Below are positions 36,316 to 45,103 of a DNA stretch of 51,206 nucleotides, piece after piece. Below the pieces are notes generated by a model. It was not told the origin of the DNA and ran no database searches. It was given only the letters and a program-made list of their open reading frames with translations. Source of the stretch: Euryarchaeota archaeon UBA495 (lineage in GTDB: Archaea; Thermoplasmatota; Poseidoniia; Poseidoniales; Poseidoniaceae); contig DALQ01000001.1 of NCBI GenBank assembly GCA_002496845.1, positions 1-51,206 on the forward strand. Direction: 5' to 3'. Positions within the stretch are counted from its first letter, which is position 1. Every line of letters starts with the position of its first letter. The position numbers were made by a program, and so were the translations under genes.

Positions 36316-36974
36316 CAGGCCTCACCTCCGTTGTCGTCGGCTGCGGAAGGTGCGTCAGCAGCCGCCTCAGCGACTTCTGCGGCAAACTCGGGCGTGGCCT
36401 CGGGGTCAACCTGCTCTTCGACCGCATATTCGGCTTCGGAGCGACGGTCCTCAATCGCCAAGCGAATGGGATGCTGTGAGTTGTTGAGTTCGCTGGAGGG
36501 GTGGTAGGCGATGAGTTCCTCTTCGTCGCGAGAGACGGGGTAGGAAGGGATGGTCACCTTTTGCTCACCAATGACGATTTGGCCGTGGGTGATGAGTTGG
36601 CGGGCCTGCTTGATGGTGCTCGCGAGCCCCTTGTAGTAGACCTGAGCCTGGAGACGGCGGTTGAGGATCTCCTCAACGCCAAGGGACAAGATGTCGTCGA
36701 GGCTGGATTCAGCGGTGACGAGCCCCTTCTGGTGGAGGGAGTGGAGGAGGTCTTCCATCTCGCGCTTGCCGTGGCCTTCGGTGGTGTCCACGTTACCAAT
36801 CAGGCGCATGGCCTGACGGCGGTGGCGGCGAAGTTGGGACTTGGCCTTCCAAATCTCCTTCATGTTCTTCAGGCCGTGGCTCGCACGGATGGCGTGCTCT
36901 TCCTCGATGCGGTCGGCCTTCCACGGGTGGGAGGGCGTGTCGTACTTTGGTCGCGAGAATTTTGGTTCACCCAT
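36315..36974 (-). CDS. rps4: 30S ribosomal protein uS4 with an acidic ~45-aa C-terminal extension
   Basis: [27 protein letters not shown]4 domain [28 protein letters not shown]. Tail is [34 protein letters not shown]. The stop overlaps the uS11 ATG (TGATG). Confidence 0.9.
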   Translation of the reverse strand: MGEPKFSRPKYDTPSHPWKADRIEEEHAIRASHGLKNMKEIWKAKSQLRRHRRQAMRLIGNVDTTEGHGKREMEDLLHSLHQKGLVTAESSLDDILSLGVEEILNRRLQAQVYYKGLASTIKQARQLITHGQIVIGEQKVTIPSYPVSRDEEELIAYHPSSELNNSQHPIRLAIEDRRSEAEYAVEEQVDPEATPEFAAEVAEAAADAPSAADDNGGEA

Positions 36975-36991
36975 GATGCCTCACCTCAACC

Positions 36992-37456
36992 TCACTTCTT
37001 TCGCTGGACACCCAGCGTCAGGCCGAATCGGCCGTTGGAACGGCCGCGCTGGCCACGAACCTTCTGGCGGTTGGCGTGGCGCACACCGCGGTACGCCTTG
37101 ATGGCGCGGAGTCGGTCGATGTCGTCCTTCTGGACGAGCTTGACTTGCTGCCCGGTGAGGTGGAGTTCCTCGCCGCTCTCGATGTCGCGCTGGCGGTTGA
37201 GCATCCAGAGAGGGACCTTCTCCGCGTATTCCTCGACGGCTTCGAGGAGCGACTTCTGCTCCTCGGCGGTCAGGTGGCCGGCCATGCGGGTCGGCTCGAA
37301 GCCGGTTTGGCGGCAGATCTGGATGGCGGTGCGGTCACCGACACCGTTGATGGACGTCAGGGCCGAGGCAAGCGGCCGAAGGCCGTCCACGTCCGTGTCC
37401 GCCATGCGGATGATGTAGGAGAAATCGTCTCCGAGGTCTTCGTCCTTCTTGGCCAT
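36992..37456 (-). CDS. rps13: 30S ribosomal protein uS13
   Basis: FSYIIRMADTDVDG...AIKAYRGVRH. ATG 37456 has GGAGG 8 nt upstream. In-frame ATGs also occur at 37471, 37483 and 37495. Confidence 0.9.
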   Translation of the reverse strand: MAKKDEDLGDDFSYIIRMADTDVDGLRPLASALTSINGVGDRTAIQICRQTGFEPTRMAGHLTAEEQKSLLEAVEEYAEKVPLWMLNRQRDIESGEELHLTGQQVKLVQKDDIDRLRAIKAYRGVRHANRQKVRGQRGRSNGRFGLTLGVQRKK

Positions 37457-37513
37457 CCGTGGTGCCTCCATCGCGTTCGACATGGTGTCGAGCAACGTGC
37501 CGACCGAACTCCC

Positions 37514-37526
37514 CTATTTGAAGAAC
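37514..37526 (-). promoter_or_regulatory. putative TATA-box/promoter of the uS13-uS4-uS11-rpoD operon
   Basis: Coding-strand GTTCTTCAAATAG. It shares the plus-strand 10-mer TATTTGAAGA with the pilin upstream element and lies in the 70-110 nt spacer upstream of the operon. Confidence 0.35.
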
Positions 37527-37566
37527 GCGGCGTGAGGGAGGGTGGCTCTGAGGCGCAGCATCGCGT

Positions 37567-38865
37567 TCAGCGCGCTCCTTCTTGAACGGCGGGGTCGACG
37601 CAGAGCAAGTGCACTTCAGGGCCTTGCCCTGCATGGCACAAGAAGGCTTGACGGCGGCCATGTCGACGGGATAATTGCCGGTCCAATGAACCCTGAAGTT
37701 TTGGTTGGAGGTCCGCAGGAAGGGCGCATCTGAGGGTCAGACGGGCCACGTCGTGTTCCAGCGCCAACGCGACCAAATCGTCGACGGTGTCCTCGTTGGG
37801 CGCATGGTGCACCACGGCCGCAACACGGCCGGTGGCCTGAACCAATCCACGTTCGTTGGAAGCCAGCACAAGCGGAACGTCATGATGCACTTGTGGGCGG
37901 CGTCCGTCCACGGCCGTCCACGCAAGCGACGCTTTCTCGCCGAGGTGCCCGCGCAACCACGGCTCGACCAGGCCTGAAGCGAGAAGCGCCGCGTCGATCA
38001 GGCTGACCTGTTCGCCGCGTCGAGGAGGGCGACGCACCTGTTGCGGTAAGTCGTCGCCAAGCGGAAGCGCACGTCCGCCTTCGACGATCAGCGGCTGGCT
38101 TCCGTCGGCCGGGTACCGCACAAATCGGCGGGCGACGTCCGGCGTAGAGGCTCCACCCAACCATGCCGAGAGACGGTCGACGCGTCCTCCGCCACGGGAA
38201 CCCCACACCCAAGTGCGTTGGACGCCCGGAAGATGGGTGTCGACGACGGCTTCCACGGCCAGGCGTTGGTCATGAGTCAAGCGGGGAGAGAGGTCCAACA
38301 GCACCGCTTGGCCGTCGGGCCCACGGGCGAGATGGGGGGCCCATGCGGCCAGAACGGCGCTCGGAGAAGGTGCCATTTCCTCAAGGTCGTGGGTGCGTGA
38401 ATTCCGAGGTCGTGCGGGATCAAGTTGCAGCAACCCGATGGATGCGCCTTCCACGACGTGAAGCACATCCTCTGCGGCGGTCCCGTCGCCGACCAACACC
38501 CGCGAGGCAAGGAACCACGGCGCCTCAAGCGCGCCGAACCACGCCGCCACGGCACGGAGGTTGTGGGCGCTCGCGCGAGCACGGCTTGGATCGAGTTCGA
38601 CGCCGATGGCCGGGCGCTCAAGGATGGCGGCGAGGGCCGCCAACTGCACGCCGCTGCCGCAGGCCACATCGAGCACGGCTCCCGAAGGTAGGCGTTCAGG
38701 GTTGATCATCGCGGCACGTTCGGCCGCGACTTGCCACGGCGTGGCCAGGGGTTTCGCAGCCTCGCCGTGTACGAAGACCAGCCCGTCAGGGGCCGTTGCA
38801 TCCCGAACGGCGACCAGCGCATCGTCCGCCTCCAGCTCGGCTGGAACGAGGACGTCATGCGTCAT
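37567..38865 (-). CDS. class I SAM-dependent methyltransferase with extended C-terminal domain
   Basis: AVLDVACGSGVQLAALAA (motif I), IGVELDPSRA (motif II). Start set at ATG 38865, 4 nt after the pyrE stop. The C-terminal ~200 aa are unassigned. Confidence 0.7.
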   Translation of the reverse strand: MTHDVLVPAELEADDALVAVRDATAPDGLVFVHGEAAKPLATPWQVAAERAAMINPERLPSGAVLDVACGSGVQLAALAAILERPAIGVELDPSRARASAHNLRAVAAWFGALEAPWFLASRVLVGDGTAAEDVLHVVEGASIGLLQLDPARPRNSRTHDLEEMAPSPSAVLAAWAPHLARGPDGQAVLLDLSPRLTHDQRLAVEAVVDTHLPGVQRTWVWGSRGGGRVDRLSAWLGGASTPDVARRFVRYPADGSQPLIVEGGRALPLGDDLPQQVRRPPRRGEQVSLIDAALLASGLVEPWLRGHLGEKASLAWTAVDGRRPQVHHDVPLVLASNERGLVQATGRVAAVVHHAPNEDTVDDLVALALEHDVARLTLRCALPADLQPKLQGSLDRQLSRRHGRRQAFLCHAGQGPEVHLLCVDPAVQEGAR

Positions 38866-38869
38866 CGGA

Positions 38870-39466
38870 TCACCCTGTGATGTCCGAGCGCACAAGGAGG
38901 CTCTCGAAGGGAATGCCCGCGGCGGCAAAAGCCTCGGCTCCGCCTTCCTGGCGGTCAAGGATGGAGATGACGCCGACGACGTCGCACTCGGTTTCGTCAC
39001 GCAACCGCTCCACGGCCTTCACCGCGGATCCGCCGGTGGTGGTCACGTCCTCAAGCACGACGATGCGCCCGCCGCCTGACAGGGAGGAGCCTTCCACACC
39101 TGGAGGATTGTTCGTCTTCCGTCCACCGCGCCCCTTGGGTTCCTTCCGGACCATGATGCCACGAAGCGATGCCGGGGCCTCGGCGTTGGCGATGACCAGC
39201 GCCGTGAGCGGTACAGCACCCAGTTCCAGACCGCCGACGACGTCCGCTTCGTAGGCCGAAAGACGGGTGCAAATGAGGCCACCAATGAGGCGCGCGGCCT
39301 CGGGGTGCATCATCGCGGGCTTGAGGTCGAAGAACCAGCGCGACGAGCGACCGCTGGCCAAGGTGAACGCGTCGTCGCTGCCGCCGTCAAGGAAGGAAAG
39401 GTCGCGCACGAGGTCGACGAGACGCGCCCGTCGTGGGTCCTCGGCGAGGCTGGCGTCCACCGTCAT
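38870..39466 (-). CDS. pyrE: orotate phosphoribosyltransferase
   Basis: FTLASGRSSRWFFDLK, PRPP loop RIVVLEDVTTTGGSAV. Confidence 0.9.
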   Translation of the reverse strand: MTVDASLAEDPRRARLVDLVRDLSFLDGGSDDAFTLASGRSSRWFFDLKPAMMHPEAARLIGGLICTRLSAYEADVVGGLELGAVPLTALVIANAEAPASLRGIMVRKEPKGRGGRKTNNPPGVEGSSLSGGGRIVVLEDVTTTGGSAVKAVERLRDETECDVVGVISILDRQEGGAEAFAAAGIPFESLLVRSDITG

Positions 39467-39548
39467 GGCTCCAAGGCCATGCCGTGGGAGCATCAACCTT
39501 CCCGACCTCGACGTTGGTTTGATGAACGGTCGCCCGGACTGTTCGGTT

Positions 39549-42500
39549 ATGGCGTCGACCGAACCCGTCGGCGCCCCATTGCATGACCCGCTGGTCGGGC
39601 TTGACGTGGACCGTTTGCAAGCGGAAATGGACCGCTACCACCTCTGGCTGGACGAGCGCACCGAGGAAGCCTACGCCATCGCAGAAGAGGCCCGGGCCAA
39701 GCGCTTCGACCCTCGCGACCACGTGGAAATTCCGCGTGCTGCGGACTTGGCCAGCCGAACAGAGAAGTTGCTTGTCGAGCACCTCGACGGACACCCTGTG
39801 GCCGACGACATCCGTGCGATGCTGGCGGAACACGACCGTGAAACCACCTCCATCCTGATGGCGCAAAAGGTCGCTGCGGCCTTTCGAGCCAACGGCTACG
39901 ACATGGTCAAGAGCATCGATGTGGGCCTCCGCGTGGGCCTTGCGGTCCTGACCGAGGCCGTCCTCGTCGCTCCACTGGAAGGGATTTCCGAGGTCCGGCT
40001 GTTGAGCAACGTCGACGGGTCGTCCTTTGTGTCGGTCTTCTTCGCCGGACCCATCCGAGCAGCGGGTGGAACGGCCCAGGCGTTGGCCGTGCTCATCGCG
40101 GACATGATCCGGCGAGAATTGGGCATCGACCCGTACAAGCCGACCGACCCAGAAGTGGAGCGTGTCAAGGAAGAATTCGGGCTCTTTCGCGGCAACCTCC
40201 AGTACCGTCCGTCCCCGGCTGAGATCGAAGAAATCGTTCGGGCTTGCCCCATCATGATCAACGGCGAATCCACGGAACGCATCGAATGTGCCGGATACGG
40301 CCGGGTGCGTAACGTCGACGACACGCGCATTCGCGGTGGTGTTCTGCTGGTCATTGGCGAAGGCATGTGCCTGAAGGCTCCAAAGATCCAGAAGCACACC
40401 GAACGCCTGAAGGTGCCGGGTTGGGATTTCATTTCCAAGTTCGCTGCAAAAGGAAAAGAGAAGGAAAACAAAGGCGAAGGGGCCTTTTCGTCCCGTCGTG
40501 TGGCTCCCATTTCCAAATTCATGAACGACATCATCGCCGGGCGTCCAGTGTTTGGCGCGCCCCTCGAAGCCGGCGGGTTCCGGCTCAGGTACGGTCGTGC
40601 GCGTCCCTCGGGATTGGCAGCGGCCAGCGCCAATCCCGCCTGCATGGCTGCGATGGACGATTTCATCACCGTTGGGACGCAGATGAAAATCGAGCGGCCG
40701 GGCAAAGCCTGCGCTATTACCCCATGCGACGAGAGCGAAGGGCCGTGGGTGATCCTCCGTGACGGCACGTTCCGACGCGTGGACGACCTGATGGAATACC
40801 GTGGCCTTCGAACGGACGTCGGCTCGGTGTGGGACAACGGCGAGCTGGTGCTGGGCTACGGCGAATTCATGGAGAACAACAAGCCGTTGGTTCCCGCCGG
40901 CTACACCACCGATTGGTGGGCCTCCGATTTGCTCAACCGATTGGCCACCGAGGGCGACCTCGAAGACCTCGCGAAAACGCTTGGTTGCTCCCGTGCCACG
41001 ATGCCTGACGGCCTGCCCGGGCAGACGCCTGGCGAGGACGACACGGCCCGAGCCTTGGCCCGAAACGCATGGCACCCGTGGCTTCGCAGGCAACGCCTGA
41101 CGTGGGCTCAGGCGAAAGCCGTCTGCCTCCGCTTTGGCACGTCGTTGGCTCCACCAAACAACCCGTGGTTCCTTGATTTGCCCATCGAATGGATGCCGGC
41201 ATGGTTGGACCTTCTCGCCGCGGCACACATCGAAACCGACGGCGAACACCGTTCCCTCCGTGTGGCTGGGGGAGTGGCGAACTGGACGCCCGACGTCATG
41301 GATGAACTGCGTCCGGAAACCGAACCGGCCCACGAAACGCGGTCGGTGCCGGGCCCGGACCTTCGTCCTGAGGCGGGAATTTTCGAAGACGGGACGCCAG
41401 AATGGTGGGCCTTCTTGCAGCATGGCTTGGCGAAAGGCGCCGCCCTCTTGCTCGGTGTGGAACACCGCCACGAGGGCGAGGATCTGATCCTGACCGGCGG
41501 CTGGGAAGCGATGCTCGAGGGCTTTGGCTTCGGCATGGAAGGCGACCGGCCGTTGGCCGTTGAGGACATGGCAGGGGCGGTCAAGCGCCGCATCGAAGAA
41601 CTCCGTGACGCAGCGGCCCTTTTGGAAGCGGAACGCGCCCGAGAACGGGATCTTGCGGCCGAGCGGGCCATCGTTCGCATCGCCGCCGAAACCGATGCGC
41701 GTCAGCGCGGCCTCGGCATCGCTGAAACGGACGAGGTGGGGCGTACGGCGGCTGCTGAAGTGCCCGACCCTGGTCCTGCAGATCCCAAGGCCTACCACGC
41801 GGCGCAAACCCACGAAGACGACCATGCCGTGGACGGTCTGCTTCCGCTGGTGCGGAAAGCCTCACGTTTGCGGTGGGAGCACAGCGCACCCATCCGCGTG
41901 GGTTGCCGCATGGGGCGGCCTGAGAAAGCCGCAGCGCGGATGATGAGCCCGATGTCCCACGCCCTCTTTCCCATCGACCTCAACGGTGGAGCACAGCGGC
42001 TGCTGGCCAACGCCGAGGAGAAGGGAAACATCCGAGTTCAGGTCGGTCGGCGGGTGTGCACCGTGTGCGGAAAGGAAAGTCCTCAGCTCAACTGCCATCA
42101 TCGCAAGGTGGACGACATGGGCCGGCCACGTGCCGGAGAAACGTGCGGTGGCCCAACCGAAATGGCCGGAAATGCACGGTCCAACGGACGACGTCGAGGC
42201 GAACTGCAAACGGTGGAACTCGACACGCTCCTCGAGGACGCTCGCATCCGTCTCGGGTTGGACCGCCTCCCGAAGCAGGTCAAGTGCGTCAAGACGCTCA
42301 ACAGCAGAAATCAGACGCCGGAACCCATTGAGAAGGGCATCTTGCGAGCGCACCACACCTTGCCCGTGTTCCGTGACGGCACCGTCCGCTACGACATGAG
42401 CGACGTCCCTGTGACCCACTTCCGGCCCAAAGAAATCGGCACCAGCGTGCCGGCCCTCCTCGATTTGGGATACACGCACGATCACCTTGGGGCTCCTCTG

Positions 42501-43601
42501 GAGCGAGGCGACCAGGTGCTGGAAATGTTCCCACAGGACTTCATCGTCGCCGCCAACGCGAAGGAGTTCTTCCTTCGCACCGCTGCGTTCGTTGATGATC
42601 TGCTCGTTCGGTTTTACGGCATGCCGGCCTATTACAACGTTCGAACGCCCGAAGACCTCGTCGGCCACCTGATCTGCGCCCTTGCGCCGCACACCTCGGG
42701 TGGGGTCTTGTCGAGGATCATCGGCTGGGCCGATTGTTCGGGCGGCTACGCTCACCCGCTCTTCCACGCCGCCAAGCGACGCAACTGCGACGGCGACGAA
42801 GACGCCATCATGCTGCTGATGGACGGATTGCTGAACTTCAGCCGTGACATTCTCCCCGCCAACCGTGGCGGCCAAATGGACGCGCCTTTGGTGCTGACCA
42901 CCCGACTCAACCCCACAGAAGTCGACAAGGAGGCCCTGAACGTCGATTGCGCGTGGTACTACGAAGCGGCCTTCTACGAAGCCACGCAACAGCAACCCCA
43001 TCCCAAAACCGTGCTCGAGATGATGGACATCGCCGAACGCCGGCTCGGTTCGGTGGCCGCCGTTCGGGGCTACGGCTTCACCCACGACTGTGAAGCGATG
43101 GACAGGGGTCCTGCACTTTCCGCTTACAAGACCCTCGAGACGATGATCGACAAAATGAACGGGCAGCTGGATTTGGGTCACCGCCTTCGCGGTGTTGACA
43201 TTCGGCTTGTGGCCAGCAGCGTGATTCGCTCCCACTTTTTGCCCGATTTGCGTGGCAACCTCAACGCGTATGCACGGCAAAAGGTGCGTTGCGTCAAGTG
43301 CGGCCACTCCTACCGACGCATGCCACTTGCCGGGAAGTGCATCCAACTGACCAAGGTCGGGGGACGTGGCCTTGCCGCGCACGGCGTGTCCCGGTCCGAA
43401 GGCGATCAGTGCGGCGGAAACCTCGCCTTGACCGTCTCGGAGGGCGCCGTGCGGAAGTACATCGAAGTGACACGTCACGTCATGGAAACCTACGGCGTAG
43501 ACACCTACACACGGCAAAACGTGGAATGGTTGGCCTCTTCGGTGGACAGCCTGTTCAACAACGACCGCGCTCGTCAGATGTCCCTCGCGGATTTCCTGTG
43601 A
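39549..43601 (+). CDS. polC: DNA polymerase II (PolD) large subunit DP2
   Basis: EEARAKRFDPRDHVEIPRAADLASRTEKL, GPIRAAGGTAQA, RPGKACAITPCD, CRMGRPEKA, ALAPHTSGGVLSRIIG, KRRNCDGDEDAIMLLMDGLLNFS, C-terminal Zn module VRCVKCGHSYRRMPLAGKC...CGGNL. No intein-like insertion seen. The exact start is uncertain (39522 or 39549). Confidence 0.95.
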   Translation: MASTEPVGAPLHDPLVGLDVDRLQAEMDRYHLWLDERTEEAYAIAEEARAKRFDPRDHVEIPRAADLASRTEKLLVEHLDGHPVADDIRAMLAEHDRETTSILMAQKVAAAFRANGYDMVKSIDVGLRVGLAVLTEAVLVAPLEGISEVRLLSNVDGSSFVSVFFAGPIRAAGGTAQALAVLIADMIRRELGIDPYKPTDPEVERVKEEFGLFRGNLQYRPSPAEIEEIVRACPIMINGESTERIECAGYGRVRNVDDTRIRGGVLLVIGEGMCLKAPKIQKHTERLKVPGWDFISKFAAKGKEKENKGEGAFSSRRVAPISKFMNDIIAGRPVFGAPLEAGGFRLRYGRARPSGLAAASANPACMAAMDDFITVGTQMKIERPGKACAITPCDESEGPWVILRDGTFRRVDDLMEYRGLRTDVGSVWDNGELVLGYGEFMENNKPLVPAGYTTDWWASDLLNRLATEGDLEDLAKTLGCSRATMPDGLPGQTPGEDDTARALARNAWHPWLRRQRLTWAQAKAVCLRFGTSLAPPNNPWFLDLPIEWMPAWLDLLAAAHIETDGEHRSLRVAGGVANWTPDVMDELRPETEPAHETRSVPGPDLRPEAGIFEDGTPEWWAFLQHGLAKGAALLLGVEHRHEGEDLILTGGWEAMLEGFGFGMEGDRPLAVEDMAGAVKRRIEELRDAAALLEAERARERDLAAERAIVRIAAETDARQRGLGIAETDEVGRTAAAEVPDPGPADPKAYHAAQTHEDDHAVDGLLPLVRKASRLRWEHSAPIRVGCRMGRPEKAAARMMSPMSHALFPIDLNGGAQRLLANAEEKGNIRVQVGRRVCTVCGKESPQLNCHHRKVDDMGRPRAGETCGGPTEMAGNARSNGRRRGELQTVELDTLLEDARIRLGLDRLPKQVKCVKTLNSRNQTPEPIEKGILRAHHTLPVFRDGTVRYDMSDVPVTHFRPKEIGTSVPALLDLGYTHDHLGAPLERGDQVLEMFPQDFIVAANAKEFFLRTAAFVDDLLVRFYGMPAYYNVRTPEDLVGHLICALAPHTSGGVLSRIIGWADCSGGYAHPLFHAAKRRNCDGDEDAIMLLMDGLLNFSRDILPANRGGQMDAPLVLTTRLNPTEVDKEALNVDCAWYYEAAFYEATQQQPHPKTVLEMMDIAERRLGSVAAVRGYGFTHDCEAMDRGPALSAYKTLETMIDKMNGQLDLGHRLRGVDIRLVASSVIRSHFLPDLRGNLNAYARQKVRCVKCGHSYRRMPLAGKCIQLTKVGGRGLAAHGVSRSEGDQCGGNLALTVSEGAVRKYIEVTRHVMETYGVDTYTRQNVEWLASSVDSLFNNDRARQMSLADFL

Positions 43602-44237
43602 TCAGCCGCGCATGGGCGGCGACCATTGGCCTTCCATTCCGACGGGGTCTTCGTCGATGAGCGGTCGCACGCCTCGGAACCCGATGGGAACCGCTTCGGA
43701 GGAATCGCTGACACCACGAGCATCAAGCCACATTCGGATGCCCCGGTCAGCGAAGGCGAGCACGACAAGGCCGAGGGTGGCCAAGAGATGCCCTTCGAGG
43801 CGCATCGGACCCAAGGGCTCGAGGGTGAGGGTCATGTACGCCACCACTTCGTCGGGTCCAGAGCACGTCAGGACGTATTCTCCGGGCGCGAGAGAGCCCT
43901 CCCACGACGAGGCTTGGTCCTGAGCGGTGCCGTTCCATCCGGCAATGCGGGTGCCGTCCGCTGAGGTGATGGCCCAGCCGACGTCGGCGGATGGATCCAC
44001 CATGTGCTCGAAGTCCGCTTCAAACACGGCGGGCAACGAGCCCTTGGCCCCAAGGAGTCCTTCGATGGGGATTGGGACGTTTTCTTGGAAGGGGTGGTCA
44101 GCGTCGTTCAATTCCCTCACGGCTTCTCCGTCGACCACAAGGGCCCAAGCCACGTTGACCACAGCGATGGCGACCGCCCAAAGCACCACTCCACGAAGGA
44201 GGCTGGATTGGACCATCCCTGTACAATCAACGCTCAT
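43602..44237 (-). CDS. hypothetical membrane-anchored protein
   Basis: N-terminal TM (LLRGVVLWAVAIAVVNVAWALVV) and a second hydrophobic segment near the C-terminus. Starts 3 nt downstream of mptE. The stop abuts the polC stop. Confidence 0.5.
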   Translation of the reverse strand: MSVDCTGMVQSSLLRGVVLWAVAIAVVNVAWALVVDGEAVRELNDADHPFQENVPIPIEGLLGAKGSLPAVFEADFEHMVDPSADVGWAITSADGTRIAGWNGTAQDQASSWEGSLAPGEYVLTCSGPDEVVAYMTLTLEPLGPMRLEGHLLATLGLVVLAFADRGIRMWLDARGVSDSSEAVPIGFRGVRPLIDEDPVGMEGQWSPPMRG

Positions 44238-44240
44238 TGC

Positions 44241-45059
44241 CTATGAGTTCTCGTCCTGAGGCAGCGCCTCGTGCATCACTCCAAGACGGTGCAAAACTTC
44301 GGCCATCCAGGTCAATTTCTGCAACTTCCTGCTCGGGTCGGTCACCCCAGACCACGGTCCAACCTTGTCCAAGGCGAAGCCAACAAAGGCAAGGGCGTCC
44401 AGAGGAACGCCCATCCAGCGCAGGAGGCAAACGGCGCGATCTCCGTCGGTAAAGCCGCCGGGATTGTGCAGACCTGCCACAGAATCCGGCACTTGGTGGG
44501 TGAGCACAAGGGGTGGAGGCGTTTCCAAGTCGGCCCACACCGCAAGGTGCTGCTCCCATGTGGAACGGTTGTCGCCGTGAGCGTGAAGGACGACCACAAG
44601 GCCGCGTTTGACCGCTGCATGAAGGTGCTCTCCGCCGTCAAGGTCGCTGATGACGGCAAGAAGTGGAAGATGCCCAGGGACCGCTCCGGCGGCCCCGTCA
44701 GCAGCGATGAACACCGTCCCCGGCCCGGATGCGGCCGTGACCTCTTCGACCGTGGCGGCGGCCCCGACCACCACCACCCGTTCCGCGGCTCGGCACATGG
44801 AGGCCAAACGCTCGAGGTGAACCTCGCGAGCCTCAGACGACCAATGCGGCACGCCAAAGGGCTCGGGGGAACGCATGCAATCGCTCAAGTCGTGGGCGCT
44901 GCGTTGGTCTTCACCCAACGACCAGCCGAAGGCGGCCCGCACCTCGTCCTGCACGGCCAAGAGCGGCGGTGGAGGGGGCGGGAACACGATTCTGCCGCGC
45001 GTCGTCGGTCCTTGAAGCGGGCGGTTCGCGTCGAAGGCTGATAAGCGGTGGTCGCCCAC
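44241..45059 (-). CDS. mptE: 6-hydroxymethylpterin diphosphokinase MptE-like protein (DUF115)
   Basis: VVVVGAAATVEE, FIAADGAAGAV, AVISDLDGGEH and VVLHAHGDN, the DGA/DxD/HAHGDN pattern of archaeal MptE. Confidence 0.7.
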   Translation of the reverse strand: MGDHRLSAFDANRPLQGPTTRGRIVFPPPPPPLLAVQDEVRAAFGWSLGEDQRSAHDLSDCMRSPEPFGVPHWSSEAREVHLERLASMCRAAERVVVVGAAATVEEVTAASGPGTVFIAADGAAGAVPGHLPLLAVISDLDGGEHLHAAVKRGLVVVLHAHGDNRSTWEQHLAVWADLETPPPLVLTHQVPDSVAGLHNPGGFTDGDRAVCLLRWMGVPLDALAFVGFALDKVGPWSGVTDPSRKLQKLTWMAEVLHRLGVMHEALPQDENS

Positions 45060-45103
45060 CTACCGGTGTGCCCGTCCCACGCGAGCCTGAACCGGTCGAA
45101 GAC

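Noticed and set aside
34957-36507. 516-aa plus-strand ORF opposite rpoD, uS11 and uS4. Similar shadows occur at 29146..30336, 9234..10397, 13258..14301, 17506..18597, 20485..21588 and 32791..33846
   Set aside because: All lie antisense to genes with strong family motifs. They have low-complexity, Arg/Gly/Val-rich compositions and no recognisable domains.
36971-37010. C/D-box sRNA-like ATGATG sequence in the uS4/uS13 spacer, and ATGATGA at 12493-12499
   Set aside because: No properly spaced D box (CTGA) or terminal stem is present. Both sequences are explained by start-codon regions of protein genes on the opposite strand.
39387-43517. Very long antisense ORFs opposite polC (39387..41825, 812 aa; 41862..43517, 551 aa)
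   Set aside because: These are shadow ORFs typical of GC-rich coding DNA. Their translations are Arg/Gly/Pro/His-rich with no motifs, whereas the plus frame has unmistakable PolD DP2 signatures throughout.
39549-43601. Intein or large insertion in PolD DP2, since 1350 aa is longer than many DP2 proteins
   Set aside because: No intein block motifs (Cys/Ser start with a His-Asn-Cys/Ser/Thr end) or homing-endonuclease motifs were seen. The extra length appears as Ala/Arg/Glu-rich helical linker (~41560-41830) and N-terminal residues. Whether it is a lineage-specific insertion cannot be judged without an alignment.
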